This document shows, piece by piece, positions 1-9,917 of a stretch of DNA of 64,000 nt. Position numbers and translations under genes: made by a program. Each line of letters starts with the position of its first letter. Within the stretch, counting starts at the first letter, position 1. The stretch is from Candidatus Nomurabacteria bacterium (GTDB taxonomy: Bacteria; Patescibacteriota; Minisyncoccia; Phycocordibacterales; UBA9973): the NCBI GenBank assembly GCA_016699085.1, contig CP064958.1, positions 131,785 through 195,784 of the forward strand, written 5' to 3'. The notes beneath the pieces are model-generated. The model did no database searches. It was given only the letters and a program-made list of their open reading frames with translations, and had not been told where the DNA came from.

Positions 1-253
<253 letters not shown>

Positions 254-264
254 CTACCAATAAC

Positions 265-1389
265 CTATGTAGAATAACCTAAAAACTCCCTCCCAACATC
301 ATTGCGATGGACCGATCTAGAATAGCCTCGCATGCTCATCAAAATACCGAGTGCAGCAAATGAACCAAGTAAATGCGACCCACCATAGCTCATAAATGGA
401 AGTGTTATACCTGTGACTGGCATAAGCCCAATATTCATACCAACATTAATGACAAAATGACTAAAGAAAAAGATAGCGACACCCATGCCATAGAGTATTT
501 CAAAATTGGAATGTCCAACAAGTGCGATTTTCAATATTCGCCAAATCACTATACCGTACAGTGTGAAAAGAATAATCACACCAACAAATCCCCATTCTTC
601 AGCAAATGCAGCAAAAATAAAATCAGTCTGGTACTCTGGCAAAAATTGTAAACGTGACTGTGTGCCATAGCCAACACCTTTGCCAAAAATTTTACCTGAA
701 CCAACAGCAATGGTAGATTGATACGCGTTATAGCCTGAGCCATGAATATCAGCAAGTGGATGGATAAAGTTCACGATGCGATCTCGTTGATACTGTTGGA
801 AAACAAAGAGCCACAATCCAAGGAAAACTATTAGTCCGCCGCCAAGCACCAAGAGAAGATGCTTCTTTGAAATTCCAGAGACTAGTATCATGCCAAACCA
901 AATCAGAAAGATAATGATCGCACTACCAAAGTCAGGTTGTAAAAACACAAGCAAGAATGGTACGAGCGCATAGATGCCAGAAATAAAAATATGTTTAAAA
1001 TGCGCTATCTCCACATGCCGACGCGAGAAATATTTTGCCAAAAGAAGAATGACAATAACTTTCATAAAATCAGTCGGCTGAAATGAGAAACCGCCAAAAT
1101 CAAACCAACTTTGAGCGCCATTGACGACACGACCTACAATAAAAAGTGTTGTGAGTATGGCTAAGAAAAAAATAAAGAGGAGTACTAAGACTTTTGTATT
1201 TTTTAAAATCCGCACATCAATAGCTGAAAGCGTAAAAAAAATAATAATTGAAATCAATATCCATAAAAGCTGTTTATCAAAGAGTGATGTATCCCCTGTG
1301 AACGACCGCATCGTAATAAGCCCTGCGCCTAAAATCGGCATAAGGGCAATAAAAAGTACCCAATCAATTTTTCGAAAAAAAATGCGCAT
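265..1389 (-). CDS. SEDS-family peptidoglycan glycosyltransferase (FtsW/RodA/SpoVE family)
   Basis: 374-aa polytopic membrane protein with a SEDS-like C-terminal block (GVGYGTQSRLQFLPEYQTDFIFAAFAEEWGFVGV...). Confidence 0.85.
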   Translation of the reverse strand: MRIFFRKIDWVLFIALMPILGAGLITMRSFTGDTSLFDKQLLWILISIIIFFTLSAIDVRILKNTKVLVLLFIFFLAILTTLFIVGRVVNGAQSWFDFGGFSFQPTDFMKVIVILLLAKYFSRRHVEIAHFKHIFISGIYALVPFLLVFLQPDFGSAIIIFLIWFGMILVSGISKKHLLLVLGGGLIVFLGLWLFVFQQYQRDRIVNFIHPLADIHGSGYNAYQSTIAVGSGKIFGKGVGYGTQSRLQFLPEYQTDFIFAAFAEEWGFVGVIILFTLYGIVIWRILKIALVGHSNFEILYGMGVAIFFFSHFVINVGMNIGLMPVTGITLPFMSYGGSHLLGSFAALGILMSMRGYSRSVHRNDVGREFLGYST

Positions 1390-1394
1390 AGGGA

Positions 1395-2174
1395 TTATAT
1401 GAGCGGCACACTAAAAATATCGATAAGTGGACGAACGATGGTAAATGCTACTGGAGCAGGAAATGCGTGTGGCCAGGTAAAGAACACTGGCTCAGTCTCA
1501 TTTGATGCTATGTTTTCTAGGTATGTTTTACTCGCCCCGACGAGCGTATTATCTTTATCATACAAAAGTGCAATAACATCAGTACGAGGCAAATCATAGA
1601 GCGATGTATTTTTGATATTTGCAGTAAGCTTGGGTTCAACGCCTTCGTTGGTAAGTACAATATCTAAAGGCACCAGATCAACATCGATCGCTCGTGGATC
1701 AACACGATACCAGACGAGGGGTGTTGTCCAAGCAAAGACGGTGTATTTGGGCGGACGTGTGCCAATATCAATAATAGGTTCAACGATAGTTGTCTCACGA
1801 TTAGGTGGTAGTGTGATACTACCCTCACGTTTGACGATAAATTTATTGGCTTCGTCATAGAGTCTGAATTCATAGGTAGCCTTATAGAGTGCTGATGTAC
1901 GGTTTTGATTCGTCACACTTGCAACAGCCGTATAGAGTGTCGTCGTCACAGGCACTGACCTCGCCCAGACAATAGTCGGTGGTGTTTGGAGATTGGTACA
2001 CTGTATAGCGCAACTACCTCCACAATCAGCGCCTTCTTCGGTGCCATTTTGTTTACCATCAAAACACGTCCCTGGCTTAGTAACCTTAGGTACAATAATA
2101 AGTGCTGCAACGATAAGTCCTGCTGCAGCCAAGAGTGCTAAAACAAAAAGTTGCCTTCTGAGTCTCCAATTCAT
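1395..2174 (-). CDS. Hypothetical membrane-anchored protein (N-terminal TM, then an extracytoplasmic domain with a Cys-rich stretch)
   Basis: 259-aa ORF. A hydrophobic N-terminal helix is followed by a CxxxxC-rich region. Co-directional with and immediately upstream of the SEDS gene. Confidence 0.4.
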   Translation of the reverse strand: MNWRLRRQLFVLALLAAAGLIVAALIIVPKVTKPGTCFDGKQNGTEEGADCGGSCAIQCTNLQTPPTIVWARSVPVTTTLYTAVASVTNQNRTSALYKATYEFRLYDEANKFIVKREGSITLPPNRETTIVEPIIDIGTRPPKYTVFAWTTPLVWYRVDPRAIDVDLVPLDIVLTNEGVEPKLTANIKNTSLYDLPRTDVIALLYDKDNTLVGASKTYLENIASNETEPVFFTWPHAFPAPVAFTIVRPLIDIFSVPLI

Positions 2175-2223
2175 GAAGTAAGTATATAGTATTAGGCTGG
2201 AAGTATAAAGTAAGAAGTATGAA

Positions 2224-2260
2224 AAAATAAAAAACGGAAATAGTTAGTTTCCGTTTTAAA
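2224..2260. terminator. Bidirectional rho-independent terminator hairpin
   Basis: aaaaacggaaa-tagttagt-ttccgtttt: perfect stem with an A-run on one side and a T-run on the other. Confidence 0.5.
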
Positions 2261-2271
2261 ATAGTTCAATA

Positions 2272-2649
2272 TTATAGATATAAGTCTTGCAGTAAAATCC
2301 TAAAATGGGTTTCTTCACCGTTTGAAAGAGCAGAGTATTCTCTGATTCCCAAGGTTCTTATTGATGACCATCCTTCTCTAAGAAATTTTACTTCAAGCTG
2401 GCAGGGAAAAAGTTTTTCGATTTTCTTCACCGCATCTTTAATTACAACACTTTCCTCTTGATACCAGCCATATGGAGATTCATTTTTCCATTTAAGTCGT
2501 CCCAATTCATGGTCACTTTTCCCATCTGTATAAATTAAGACTCTATCGGGGATAATATCATTTTTATGAGTTTCAGATGTATGATCTTGAACCCAAGCAA
2601 TTTTTATTTGGTTTGCCATCAGTGCTTTTGTTTGAATAGAATATAGCAT
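2272..2649 (-). CDS. Hypothetical protein (125 aa), monocistronic between two terminators
   Basis: The ORF is flanked by hairpin terminators at 2224-2260 and 2670-2701. No recognisable family. Confidence 0.35.
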   Translation of the reverse strand: MLYSIQTKALMANQIKIAWVQDHTSETHKNDIIPDRVLIYTDGKSDHELGRLKWKNESPYGWYQEESVVIKDAVKKIEKLFPCQLEVKFLREGWSSIRTLGIREYSALSNGEETHFRILLQDLYL

Positions 2650-2669
2650 ATTTATTAATAAAAGTCAAG

Positions 2670-2701
2670 TAAAATAACCTTACAGAATAAGGTTATTTTT
2701 G
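2670..2701. terminator. Rho-independent terminator following the 5S rRNA (bidirectional)
   Basis: aataacctta-cagaa-taaggttattttt stem-loop with flanking T/A runs, directly 3' of the 5S gene on the minus strand. Confidence 0.55.
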
Positions 2702-2715
2702 AGTTTGAATACTTT

Positions 2716-2823
<108 letters not shown>

Positions 2824-2847
2824 CAAAACATTCAAATGTATTTCGCT

Positions 2848-2947
2848 TCCAAAAAGTATATTTAAAAATGCTCTGTGAGGTACAACGGTACCGAACAAAG
2901 AAAATTTCTAGCAAGAAATTTTTGTGCATTTTTAAATATACTTTTTG
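2848..2947. repeat. 22-bp inverted repeat in the 23S-5S spacer (likely processing stem)
   Basis: ccaaaaagtatatttaaaaatgc (2848-2870) is the reverse complement of gcatttttaaatatactttttg (2926-2947), enclosing ~55 nt. Confidence 0.5.
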
Positions 2948-3183
2948 AATATATTATATGTGATTTCCACATTTCCTAATAGGAATCGAATAATTAGTAC
3001 GTCTCGGCTCAACGCATTACTGCGCGTACACCTAACGCCTATCAACGTGATCATCTCTCACGATTCTCAAACGATTCCTCATCTTGAAGATGGCTTCCCT
3101 CTTAGATGCTTTCAGAGGTTATCCATGCCTGACATAGCTACCCTGCGTTGCCTTTGGCAAGACAGCAGGTACACCAGAGGTCA

Positions 3184-3215
<32 letters not shown>

Positions 3216-3359
3216 ACTTCTCAAGAATCAACGAGTGCAGTAGATAGGAGACCAACCTGTCTCACGACGGTTTGAACCCAGCTCGCGTACCTTTTTAATT
3301 AGCGAACAGCTAAACCCTTGGCAGCTTCTCCACCGCCAGGATAAGGTGAGCCGACATCG

Positions 3360-3665
3360 CTGTCGTTGTATTCTGGGGAGAAATAAATTTTACTTCTCCC
3401 CAGAAGCTTCTATCACTAGAAGGATCGGACTATATCTTCTTCCTCTTTCATATAAATATGAGTAGGAGATTGGCGTGTAGTCTCTGAGGGTTCCACGTGA
3501 GATGGCCGGCTTCGCCTATCTCATGTGGCCTTCCCTGCTGATTGTCTTATCAATGACGATAAGAGTTCCAGCATATAGCCAATTATTTTATTTTCCTCAC
3601 CGCGCTATCTACAACGCGATGAGGAAACGCTAATGACATTACTGTCATGGCACCCCGATATGTTA
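3360..3665 (-). other. Group I intron (ORF-less, ~306 nt) inserted in 23S domain V at the GGCACCU|CGAUGUCGG site (near E. coli position 2500, peptidyl-transferase region)
   Basis: The conserved exon sequence GGCACCT...CGATGTCGGCTC is interrupted by 306 nt. The 5' exon end GGCACCU can pair with the intron-internal GGGUGCC (P1 with a U-G wobble at the splice site). The insert ends in G (omega-G). A P7-like GACTA...TAGTC pairing is present (CAGAGACTACACG / ATATAGTCCGATCC). Confidence 0.6.
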
Positions 3666-3887
3666 AGGTGCCGAACTGCGCCGTCGATATGAACTCTTAG
3701 GCGCAACTAGCCTGTTATCCCCGGAGTAGCTTCTATCCGTTAATCTTCGGCCGCATCTAATGCGGACCATCGGTTCACTATGTTCTACTTTCGTACCTGC
3801 TCGGGATGTACCCCTTACAGTCAAGCTAGCTTGTGCCATTACACTATCGGCACGGTTTCCATACGCGCCTAGCTAACCTTAATAAAC

Positions 3888-3928
<41 letters not shown>

Positions 3929-4229
3929 ACCCACCAGATACTGTTTCTTTGCGTTTTTGCCGCAAGGATTAGAATATGCCACATGAAAGAGTGGTATTGC
4001 ACTGTCGACTCCACAGAAACCGAGATCTCTGCTTCAAAGTCTCCCACTTATGCTACGCAGCCACAAAACATACTCAATACCAAGTTGTAGTAAAGCTTCC
4101 GGGGTCTTTTCGTCTATCTGCACTTAACCGGCATCTTCACCGGTATTGTATTTTCACCGAGCTATTCCCCGAGACAGTTCTCCAGTCATTACACCATTCG
4201 TGCGCGTCGGAACTTACCCGACAAGGTAC

Positions 4230-4271
<42 letters not shown>

Positions 4272-4429
4272 AGGGCTTATATCAGTCAGCTCTTCACAGC
4301 CTTGCGGCTATGAAGAACCGCCGATATTTGACCTTCTCGCATTGGTCAGGTGTCACCCCCTATACATCCTCTTACGAGTTCGCAGGGAGCTGTGTTTTTG
4401 ATAAACAGTTGCCAGAGATACTTTCGCTG

Positions 4430-4748
4430 CGCCCCTTCCTACTTTAGTCTCAATAATTTTAGAATCATTGGAGGCTAAAGAGCATTCAACAATCTTACTC
4501 AATTGTAACTGTTACTTTTCTTTTAGGATCAGATAGGAAAGTTTTGCTCTTCAGAGCATTTTCTCTTTGAAAGAAAATTTCTTTTCCTTGCTTAACTATA
4601 ACAGTATCAATTAAAGTATTGTTTTCATCATAAATCTCAACTTTTGGAGATGTATGATTTTTTTCGCCAATGAATTTTATTGTAATCATTGTTTCCTCCT
4701 TTGTTAATTTTTGAAAAAAAAATTGAGAACAAAGTAGGAAGGGGAAGC
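4430..4748 (-). other. ~270-nt expansion of 23S helix 63 containing a translatable small ORF
   Basis: The region between the conserved CCGTAACTTTGG (E. coli ~1685) and GAAAGTATCTCTGGCAACTG (E. coli ~1750) is ~320 nt versus ~45-60 nt in E. coli. Its two ends are complementary (CCCCTTCCTACTTTG / CAAAGTAGGAAGGGG), forming the helix base. Confidence 0.55.
4495..4689 (-). CDS. Small ORF (64 aa) with a perfect Shine-Dalgarno, embedded in the 23S rRNA helix-63 expansion; function unknown
   Basis: The minus-strand sequence AACAAAGGAGGAAACAATG places AAGGAGG 5 nt upstream of the ATG. The ORF is MITIKFIGEKNHTSPKVEIYDENNTLIDTVIVKQGKEIFFQRENALKSKTFLSDPKRKVTVTIE. No homing-endonuclease motif is evident. 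Confidence 0.35.
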   Translation of the reverse strand: MITIKFIGEKNHTSPKVEIYDENNTLIDTVIVKQGKEIFFQRENALKSKTFLSDPKRKVTVTIE

Positions 4749-5299
4749 CTTATTCCAAAGTTACGGCTGCTTTTTTGCCGAGTTCCTTGGGGAACACTCA
4801 CTCGTTCGTCTTGGTCTTCTCGACCTGATCACCTGTGTCGGTTTGCGGTACGGTTTCTATATCATTAAGCTTAGAAAATTTTCTTGGAAGCGTGCTTTGT
4901 CTCATTGACAGTGGCGAACCACCATCTTTCTACTAACCTTGCATGTGCCATCAAAGGCAATGTGCGGATTTTCCTACACACCACGCTCAGCTCCTAAACA
5001 GAAATCCAATAATCTGCGAGACATACTACCCTTCGTCCTCTCATCGCATAATACAGAAGTGCAGGAATATTAACCTGCTGTCCATCAGGTCCGGCTCTCG
5101 CCATCCCCTTAGGCCCGACTAACCCTTGGCTGATTGTCATAGCCAAGGAAACCTTGATCTTTCGACGGGAGGGACTCTCACCCTCCTTGCGGTTACTTGT
5201 GCCAACATTCTTACTTCGCAACGCTCCACCGTGGGTCACCCCTTCGGCTTCAACGCGGTTACGAATACTCTCCTACCACTCGCGAACTTCATAAAGGAG

Positions 5300-5497
5300 A
5301 CAAGGTGCGTTTGTACACACCTTGCTCTAGAAAAGAAAATTGTATCGGGCACTTGCCTCATGTCGAGTGTCAACATGCGACTCGGCTGGAAGTATTTACC
5401 ACCAATCAAAATACAATCTTCTTTCCAATCTTCCAAAGAACATGGAGTGAATGATCAAATGAATCATTCTTTCTTTAATTTTCAACAAAGAAATTTT
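5300..5497 (-). other. ~190-nt AT-rich expansion segment at the tip of 23S helix 45
   Basis: Conserved ACCGAAACTGAGGATTCGTGAACTTCATAAAGGAGA and TCTCCTTTATGAAGTTCGCGAGTGGTAGGAGAG bracket an extra ~190 nt. The flanks ttcataaaggag / ctcctttatgaa pair as the helix base. Confidence 0.5.
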
Positions 5498-5596
5498 TCT
5501 CCTTTATGAAGTTCACGAATCCTCAGTTTCGGTAGTATGCTTAGCCCCGATTATCTACGGCGCGAGATCTCTTGATGAGTGAGCTGTTACGCTTTC

Positions 5597-5628
<32 letters not shown>

Positions 5629-6134
5629 TCATTGTCTAAGAAATTTCACATCCTCGACTTGCACTTAGCATACATTTAGGGACCTTAAATTGAGATCTGG
5701 GCTGTTTCCCTTTTGACTAACGGAGCTTCGCCCCCGTAGTCTAACTGCCATATTTTTAACTCTTGGTATTCGGAGTTTGATAGATGTCGCGAGATTGCTC
5801 CCTGTCGAAATCTTCCAGTGCTCTACCCCCAAGAGGAACACATGACGCTAGCCCTAAAGCTATTTCGGAGAGAACCAGCTATTACCAAGTTCGATAAGCT
5901 TTTCACTCCAACCCACAAGTCATCCGAGAGTATTGTACGGCTCACCGGTTCGGACCTCCAGCGTGATTTCTCACACCTTCATCCTGCTCATGGGTAGCTC
6001 ACCTGGCTTCGGGTCTCTAGTAGACTACCAATTACGCGCTATTAACACTTGGTTTCCCTGCAGCTCCACTCGTAAGAGTTTAGCTAAGCAGCATACTAGA
6101 ACTCGTTGGCTCATTCTTCAATAGGCACGCCGTG

Positions 6135-6390
6135 ACGGACTGCACACTATGTACATCAAATTTGTATTCTCTGTAATAAACAGGGTCTGATATCAAAACC
6201 CTGTCTTAATGAATTCAAAAAAAATCTATCCGTATATTTTAGGCACTCTCAGTAAATTGCTTCTACGTTTCAATACAATCGAAACATCCACAATTCGCCG
6301 ATATACCTTAGAACACGCACGTTCTAAATGTACGAACCTTTTAAATTCATTACAGAAAATACAAAACGATCTACACAAAGTTCAGCCCGC
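6135..6390 (-). other. ~230-nt AT-rich expansion in 23S domain I/II (between the CCTGAAACC...GGAGC block and the GACCCGAAGCC block)
   Basis: The distance between these conserved blocks is ~380 nt versus ~150 nt in E. coli. The extra sequence includes the hairpin acagggtctgatatcaaaaccctgt. Confidence 0.4.
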
Positions 6391-7201
6391 TCCGACTCCT
6401 TGTAAGCATATGGTTTCAGGTCTATTTCACTGTCCTTATCGGACTACTTTTCACCTTTCCCTCGCGGTACTAGTTCACTATCGATCTCTACACGTATTTA
6501 GCCTTGGCAGTTAGTTCTGCCGGATTCCTCCAAGCTATTCATGTCTTGAAGTACTCAAGAATGACAATAAAAAAGATATACTAATTTCGCTTACCGGGCT
6601 ATCACCGTCTGTGGCGTTGCTTTCCAACAACTTAAACTATTAGTACATTTTGTAACTTTCCACGTAATAAAACGTCATTGTCACCTTACAACCCCGACTT
6701 TATTTCTTGCGAAATAAAATTGGTTTGGGCTATTTCCATTTCGCTCGCCGCTACTTCGGAAATTTTGTCCTTGCGGACTTTGTTTTCTTTTCCTCCAGGT
6801 ACTGAGATGTTTCACTTCCCTGGGTATACTCTCTATTCATAAAGAACAGAGTCATCGAGGTTTACTCGATGGGGTTCCCCCATTCGGAGATCTTCGGATC
6901 AAAAGTTGCTAGGCACTTCCCCGAAGCTTATCGCAGCCTGCTACGTCCTTCATCGCCATGTAGAGTCAAGGCATCCACCATATGCTCTTACTTTCCTATT
7001 AGGAAATGTAAAAACCACATATATGACACATACACACTGGTTCTCAACATGTATGTGTCGGCGTACTCGCTTACTGTATTGCTCCGACCGCTCGTAGTTG
7101 CAATAAGGTTGTACGTTTTCTGTTTCCAGCGATTGAAAAGACCCCTTCGAACTACCCAGGATGAGTAAGTCCGAAAAAATAATTTTGCTGTAACAGGATT
7201 G

Positions 7202-7229
7202 GATTATTAAAGGTTAACCGTACAGTCAA
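7202..7229 (-). promoter_or_regulatory. Candidate sigma70-type promoter of the 23S-5S operon
   Basis: The minus strand reads TTGACT-16 nt-ATAATC, ~185 nt upstream of the mature 23S 5' end. A hairpin terminator (7240-7262) lies just upstream and insulates it from the epimerase gene. Confidence 0.4.
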
Positions 7230-7239
7230 TTTTTAGACT

Positions 7240-7262
7240 AAAAAAACCGCCTTTTGGCGGGT
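7240..7262 (-). terminator. Rho-independent terminator (minus strand)
   Basis: gacccgcc-aaaa-ggcggttttttt on the minus strand. Confidence 0.45.
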
Positions 7263-7371
7263 CAAACTAAAACAAAAGAGTTTTAGATACCCCGCTTTTG
7301 GTTGGTTAATTTAGTCATCTTCATATCAGTGGGGATAGTATATATGAAGCCAAAATGGAAGTCAAGTATAA

Positions 7372-7402
7372 GAAAAGCCCTTGTATTTCAAAGGGCTTTT
7401 AA
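7372..7402. terminator. Terminator hairpin after the aldose-epimerase gene
   Basis: aaaagccctt-gtatttc-aaagggctttt with flanking A/T runs. Confidence 0.5.
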
Positions 7403-7411
7403 GTCCAATAT

Positions 7412-8251
7412 TTATTCTACAGTCACCATCATCCATGCAGAAACACTAGATTCATCCGGTAATAAATGAGGCGATCCAAGTTCAGCAAAGTCACCTGCTT
7501 CACACACTATGGGTTCAATACAAATATATGGAGATTGGTGATTATGTCTCCAAATTACCAGTTGTGAAGTCTTGCAACTTTCAAACATACCACCATACTT
7601 TACTTTTACTGACTTTCCTTTTAACAACACCTCAATTTCCGTATTTGGATTTGTTTTATTCCAAAGCGGGTAATGAGAATTTTCAATTTTTTCATCTTGA
7701 GGTCCTATGTGTAAGTACTCCGGCTTATTTCCAAATGTAATTCTCACAAATCTACCCTCTGTATTGAAATACGGATGCAACCCAAGCCCGATAGGAATTT
7801 CATCATGATTTCTTTTTCTGCGCACAATGATTACTTGTTGCAAGAATCCGTTTTCCAAAAAAATATAGTTGCTTACAAGCTTGAATGGATATGGGAAGTC
7901 TTTTTCAATTTCAGGTCCTTTATATTTGAAATGGTATTGAACATATGGAGTAGCTCCATTAGTTTTGACGTTGTAATACTTCTCAACATCACCAGGTTCT
8001 ATTATCGAAGATTTTATTTTACCTGCAGAATCACGAACAAAACCATGCCGAGGTAATTCGTACGGATGACCATCTATTAGTTGACCCGAATTTGGAAAAC
8101 AAATATGACTTCCGCCTCTGACTTTCAACTGGCCATCTTCTTTAATAATTTGCTGTGGTAAAAAAATGTGCTCTCCACTGACCTGGAAACTAGTAATATT
8201 GCCACCTACAGTATCTATACCAAGGCTGACATTGCCATGAGTGTGTATCAT
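7412..8251 (-). CDS. Aldose 1-epimerase family protein (galactose mutarotase-like / hexose-6-phosphate 1-epimerase-like)
   Basis: 279-aa, beta-rich. The HGFVR motif and overall pattern resemble the aldose-epimerase superfamily. Confidence 0.55.
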   Translation of the reverse strand: MIHTHGNVSLGIDTVGGNITSFQVSGEHIFLPQQIIKEDGQLKVRGGSHICFPNSGQLIDGHPYELPRHGFVRDSAGKIKSSIIEPGDVEKYYNVKTNGATPYVQYHFKYKGPEIEKDFPYPFKLVSNYIFLENGFLQQVIIVRRKRNHDEIPIGLGLHPYFNTEGRFVRITFGNKPEYLHIGPQDEKIENSHYPLWNKTNPNTEIEVLLKGKSVKVKYGGMFESCKTSQLVIWRHNHQSPYICIEPIVCEAGDFAELGSPHLLPDESSVSAWMMVTVE

Positions 8252-8351
8252 TATTTAGTTTTGTTTTTTTCACCTTACAATTTAAAAAACTTTTTGTCAA
8301 TAAAACACAAAACTCCCCTTTCGGAGAGTTTTGGTATTTGAAAAATTGAAA

Positions 8352-9041
8352 TTAGTGCATTGACGATGTTTCTGCACGAAGCTTCTCGATTGTCTTTGCA
8401 GCAGCATCTTTGCCGCCCAAGCCAAATGCGAGTCCACCTGCGATCGCAAGCATAGCGATCAAACCAGTGAAGAGTATCTGCATAAATTGTGCAGCGATAC
8501 CAAGCTGTGACAATGCAATGATGAATGCAAATGTCCAAATTGCGTATTTCACGATACTACCCAAAAGTCGTGCTGAATGGATGTTCGCAGCGCGAGCAGA
8601 GCCTTCAACAATTTTGCGCATAGCATCAGCGATCACTGTTGCAACAATAAGAACGAATGCTGCAATGATAACGTTCGGCAAGTAGTTAAGGACTACTTCA
8701 CGAAGGAAGCTGTTGACTTGCGTAAGGCCAATGATCTCAAGAGATGTCATCAAGAAGACAACAACGATGAACCATTTAACCAAGCCTCCCAAAAATGCAC
8801 CAACATTGAGCCTAATACCAGCGCGAGCCAATACTTCATCAGCACCAGCGCTTTTGAAAAGAGAGTCAATCTTGATGGCTGCAATTACTTGTTCGATAGC
8901 ATGTCCGATGACAGCACCGACAATCCAGCCAAGGATAAAAATAATAATCGCAACGATTAGGTTTGGAACGAAATTAATGAAACCCCACCAGAGATTCTGG
9001 AGAGACGCGCCAAATACCTCGCCCCATGTTTGTATTAACAT
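8352..9041 (-). CDS. Membrane protein with repeated conserved TM-helix motifs (mechanosensitive-channel-associated type)
   Basis: 229 aa with several hydrophobic helices and an internally repeated I/L-A-x-x-I-x-A pattern. Assignment is by general shape only. Confidence 0.3.
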   Translation of the reverse strand: MLIQTWGEVFGASLQNLWWGFINFVPNLIVAIIIFILGWIVGAVIGHAIEQVIAAIKIDSLFKSAGADEVLARAGIRLNVGAFLGGLVKWFIVVVFLMTSLEIIGLTQVNSFLREVVLNYLPNVIIAAFVLIVATVIADAMRKIVEGSARAANIHSARLLGSIVKYAIWTFAFIIALSQLGIAAQFMQILFTGLIAMLAIAGGLAFGLGGKDAAAKTIEKLRAETSSMH

Positions 9042-9155
9042 AAATATCTATCTGCTTATGTGTTTAAAACAAAGCAGAACACTTGCTGAAAACAGCAAAA
9101 TTATTAATAAAATAACTACTTAAAAAGTTTCGACCTTTCAAAAGTACTAACCTTA

Positions 9156-9827
9156 TTATACCAATTCTACTGGAGAATGATATGGATAACCCACCTCTGG
9201 TTTTTTAGGACTTTGGGCTATTACATTTAAACTATTAACCAACGTTTCGTGCGGAAAATCAAGCACGTCAGCAATCAGCTTGTCATACATATTGAGACGG
9301 TAGACAAATTCTGGTGTATCAAATAATGCATACGAGAGTTCCCTGCCGAGCTCTGACTCGAGTGTATGTAATGATCGTTCGATGAGGTTACGCTTGAGGT
9401 TATCACCGACTATCATGACATCGAGTCTACTGTCACTGTCTTTGGTGAAGATACCGGCAATAACAAATAGTTTTATTTTACCGACACCTTTGAACCGACG
9501 CATAATTTCACTACGATCCATCGTATTTGAATCAACGAGCAAATTCCGGAGCGCCTCGAGATACGGCAATGTCGCATTGAGCTGCCAGCCAGAAACCTTT
9601 TTCTTTTTATGTTTACCAGAACTCAGATGGATTTCTTTAATAAATGTTTTTTTCTTAATAAAATCTGCAGCTGCCAGTACCGCAAGTTCACGGCGAGCAG
9701 CTGGTGGCGTACTTTTGCTCCGCTGCGCAACATCTTTTGCGTCATAGCATGTTTCACTATTCAAAAGGAAAAGTCGCATGACTTTTACACGAGTTTGGCT
9801 ATTGAAGAGTTTGCCGAGAGTTTCCAT
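9156..9827 (-). CDS. Hypothetical protein, N-terminal winged-helix-like region plus a possible degenerate nucleotidyltransferase-like domain
   Basis: 223-aa ORF. No strong motif. Confidence 0.25.
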   Translation of the reverse strand: METLGKLFNSQTRVKVMRLFLLNSETCYDAKDVAQRSKSTPPAARRELAVLAAADFIKKKTFIKEIHLSSGKHKKKKVSGWQLNATLPYLEALRNLLVDSNTMDRSEIMRRFKGVGKIKLFVIAGIFTKDSDSRLDVMIVGDNLKRNLIERSLHTLESELGRELSYALFDTPEFVYRLNMYDKLIADVLDFPHETLVNSLNVIAQSPKKPEVGYPYHSPVELV

Positions 9828-9917
9828 AGATAGGCAAAAGTATACGCCAACATATTAGATATATCAAGCAAGAAAAAATGCCCCCAAATGAGAGAGCATT
9901 AAAATTCCAGTTCAAAA

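Noticed and set aside
4430-4748. Considered whether the helix-63 insert is a second group I/II intron
   Set aside because: The site is a known variable expansion region rather than a known intron site. The two ends of the insert are complementary and re-form the helix base (expected for an expansion, not an intron). No IGS/omega-G arrangement was found.
8410-9123. Three overlapping plus-strand ORFs (8410-8685, 8577-8960, 8713-9123)
   Set aside because: All are antisense to the 229-aa membrane-protein gene, with no RBS and no motifs.
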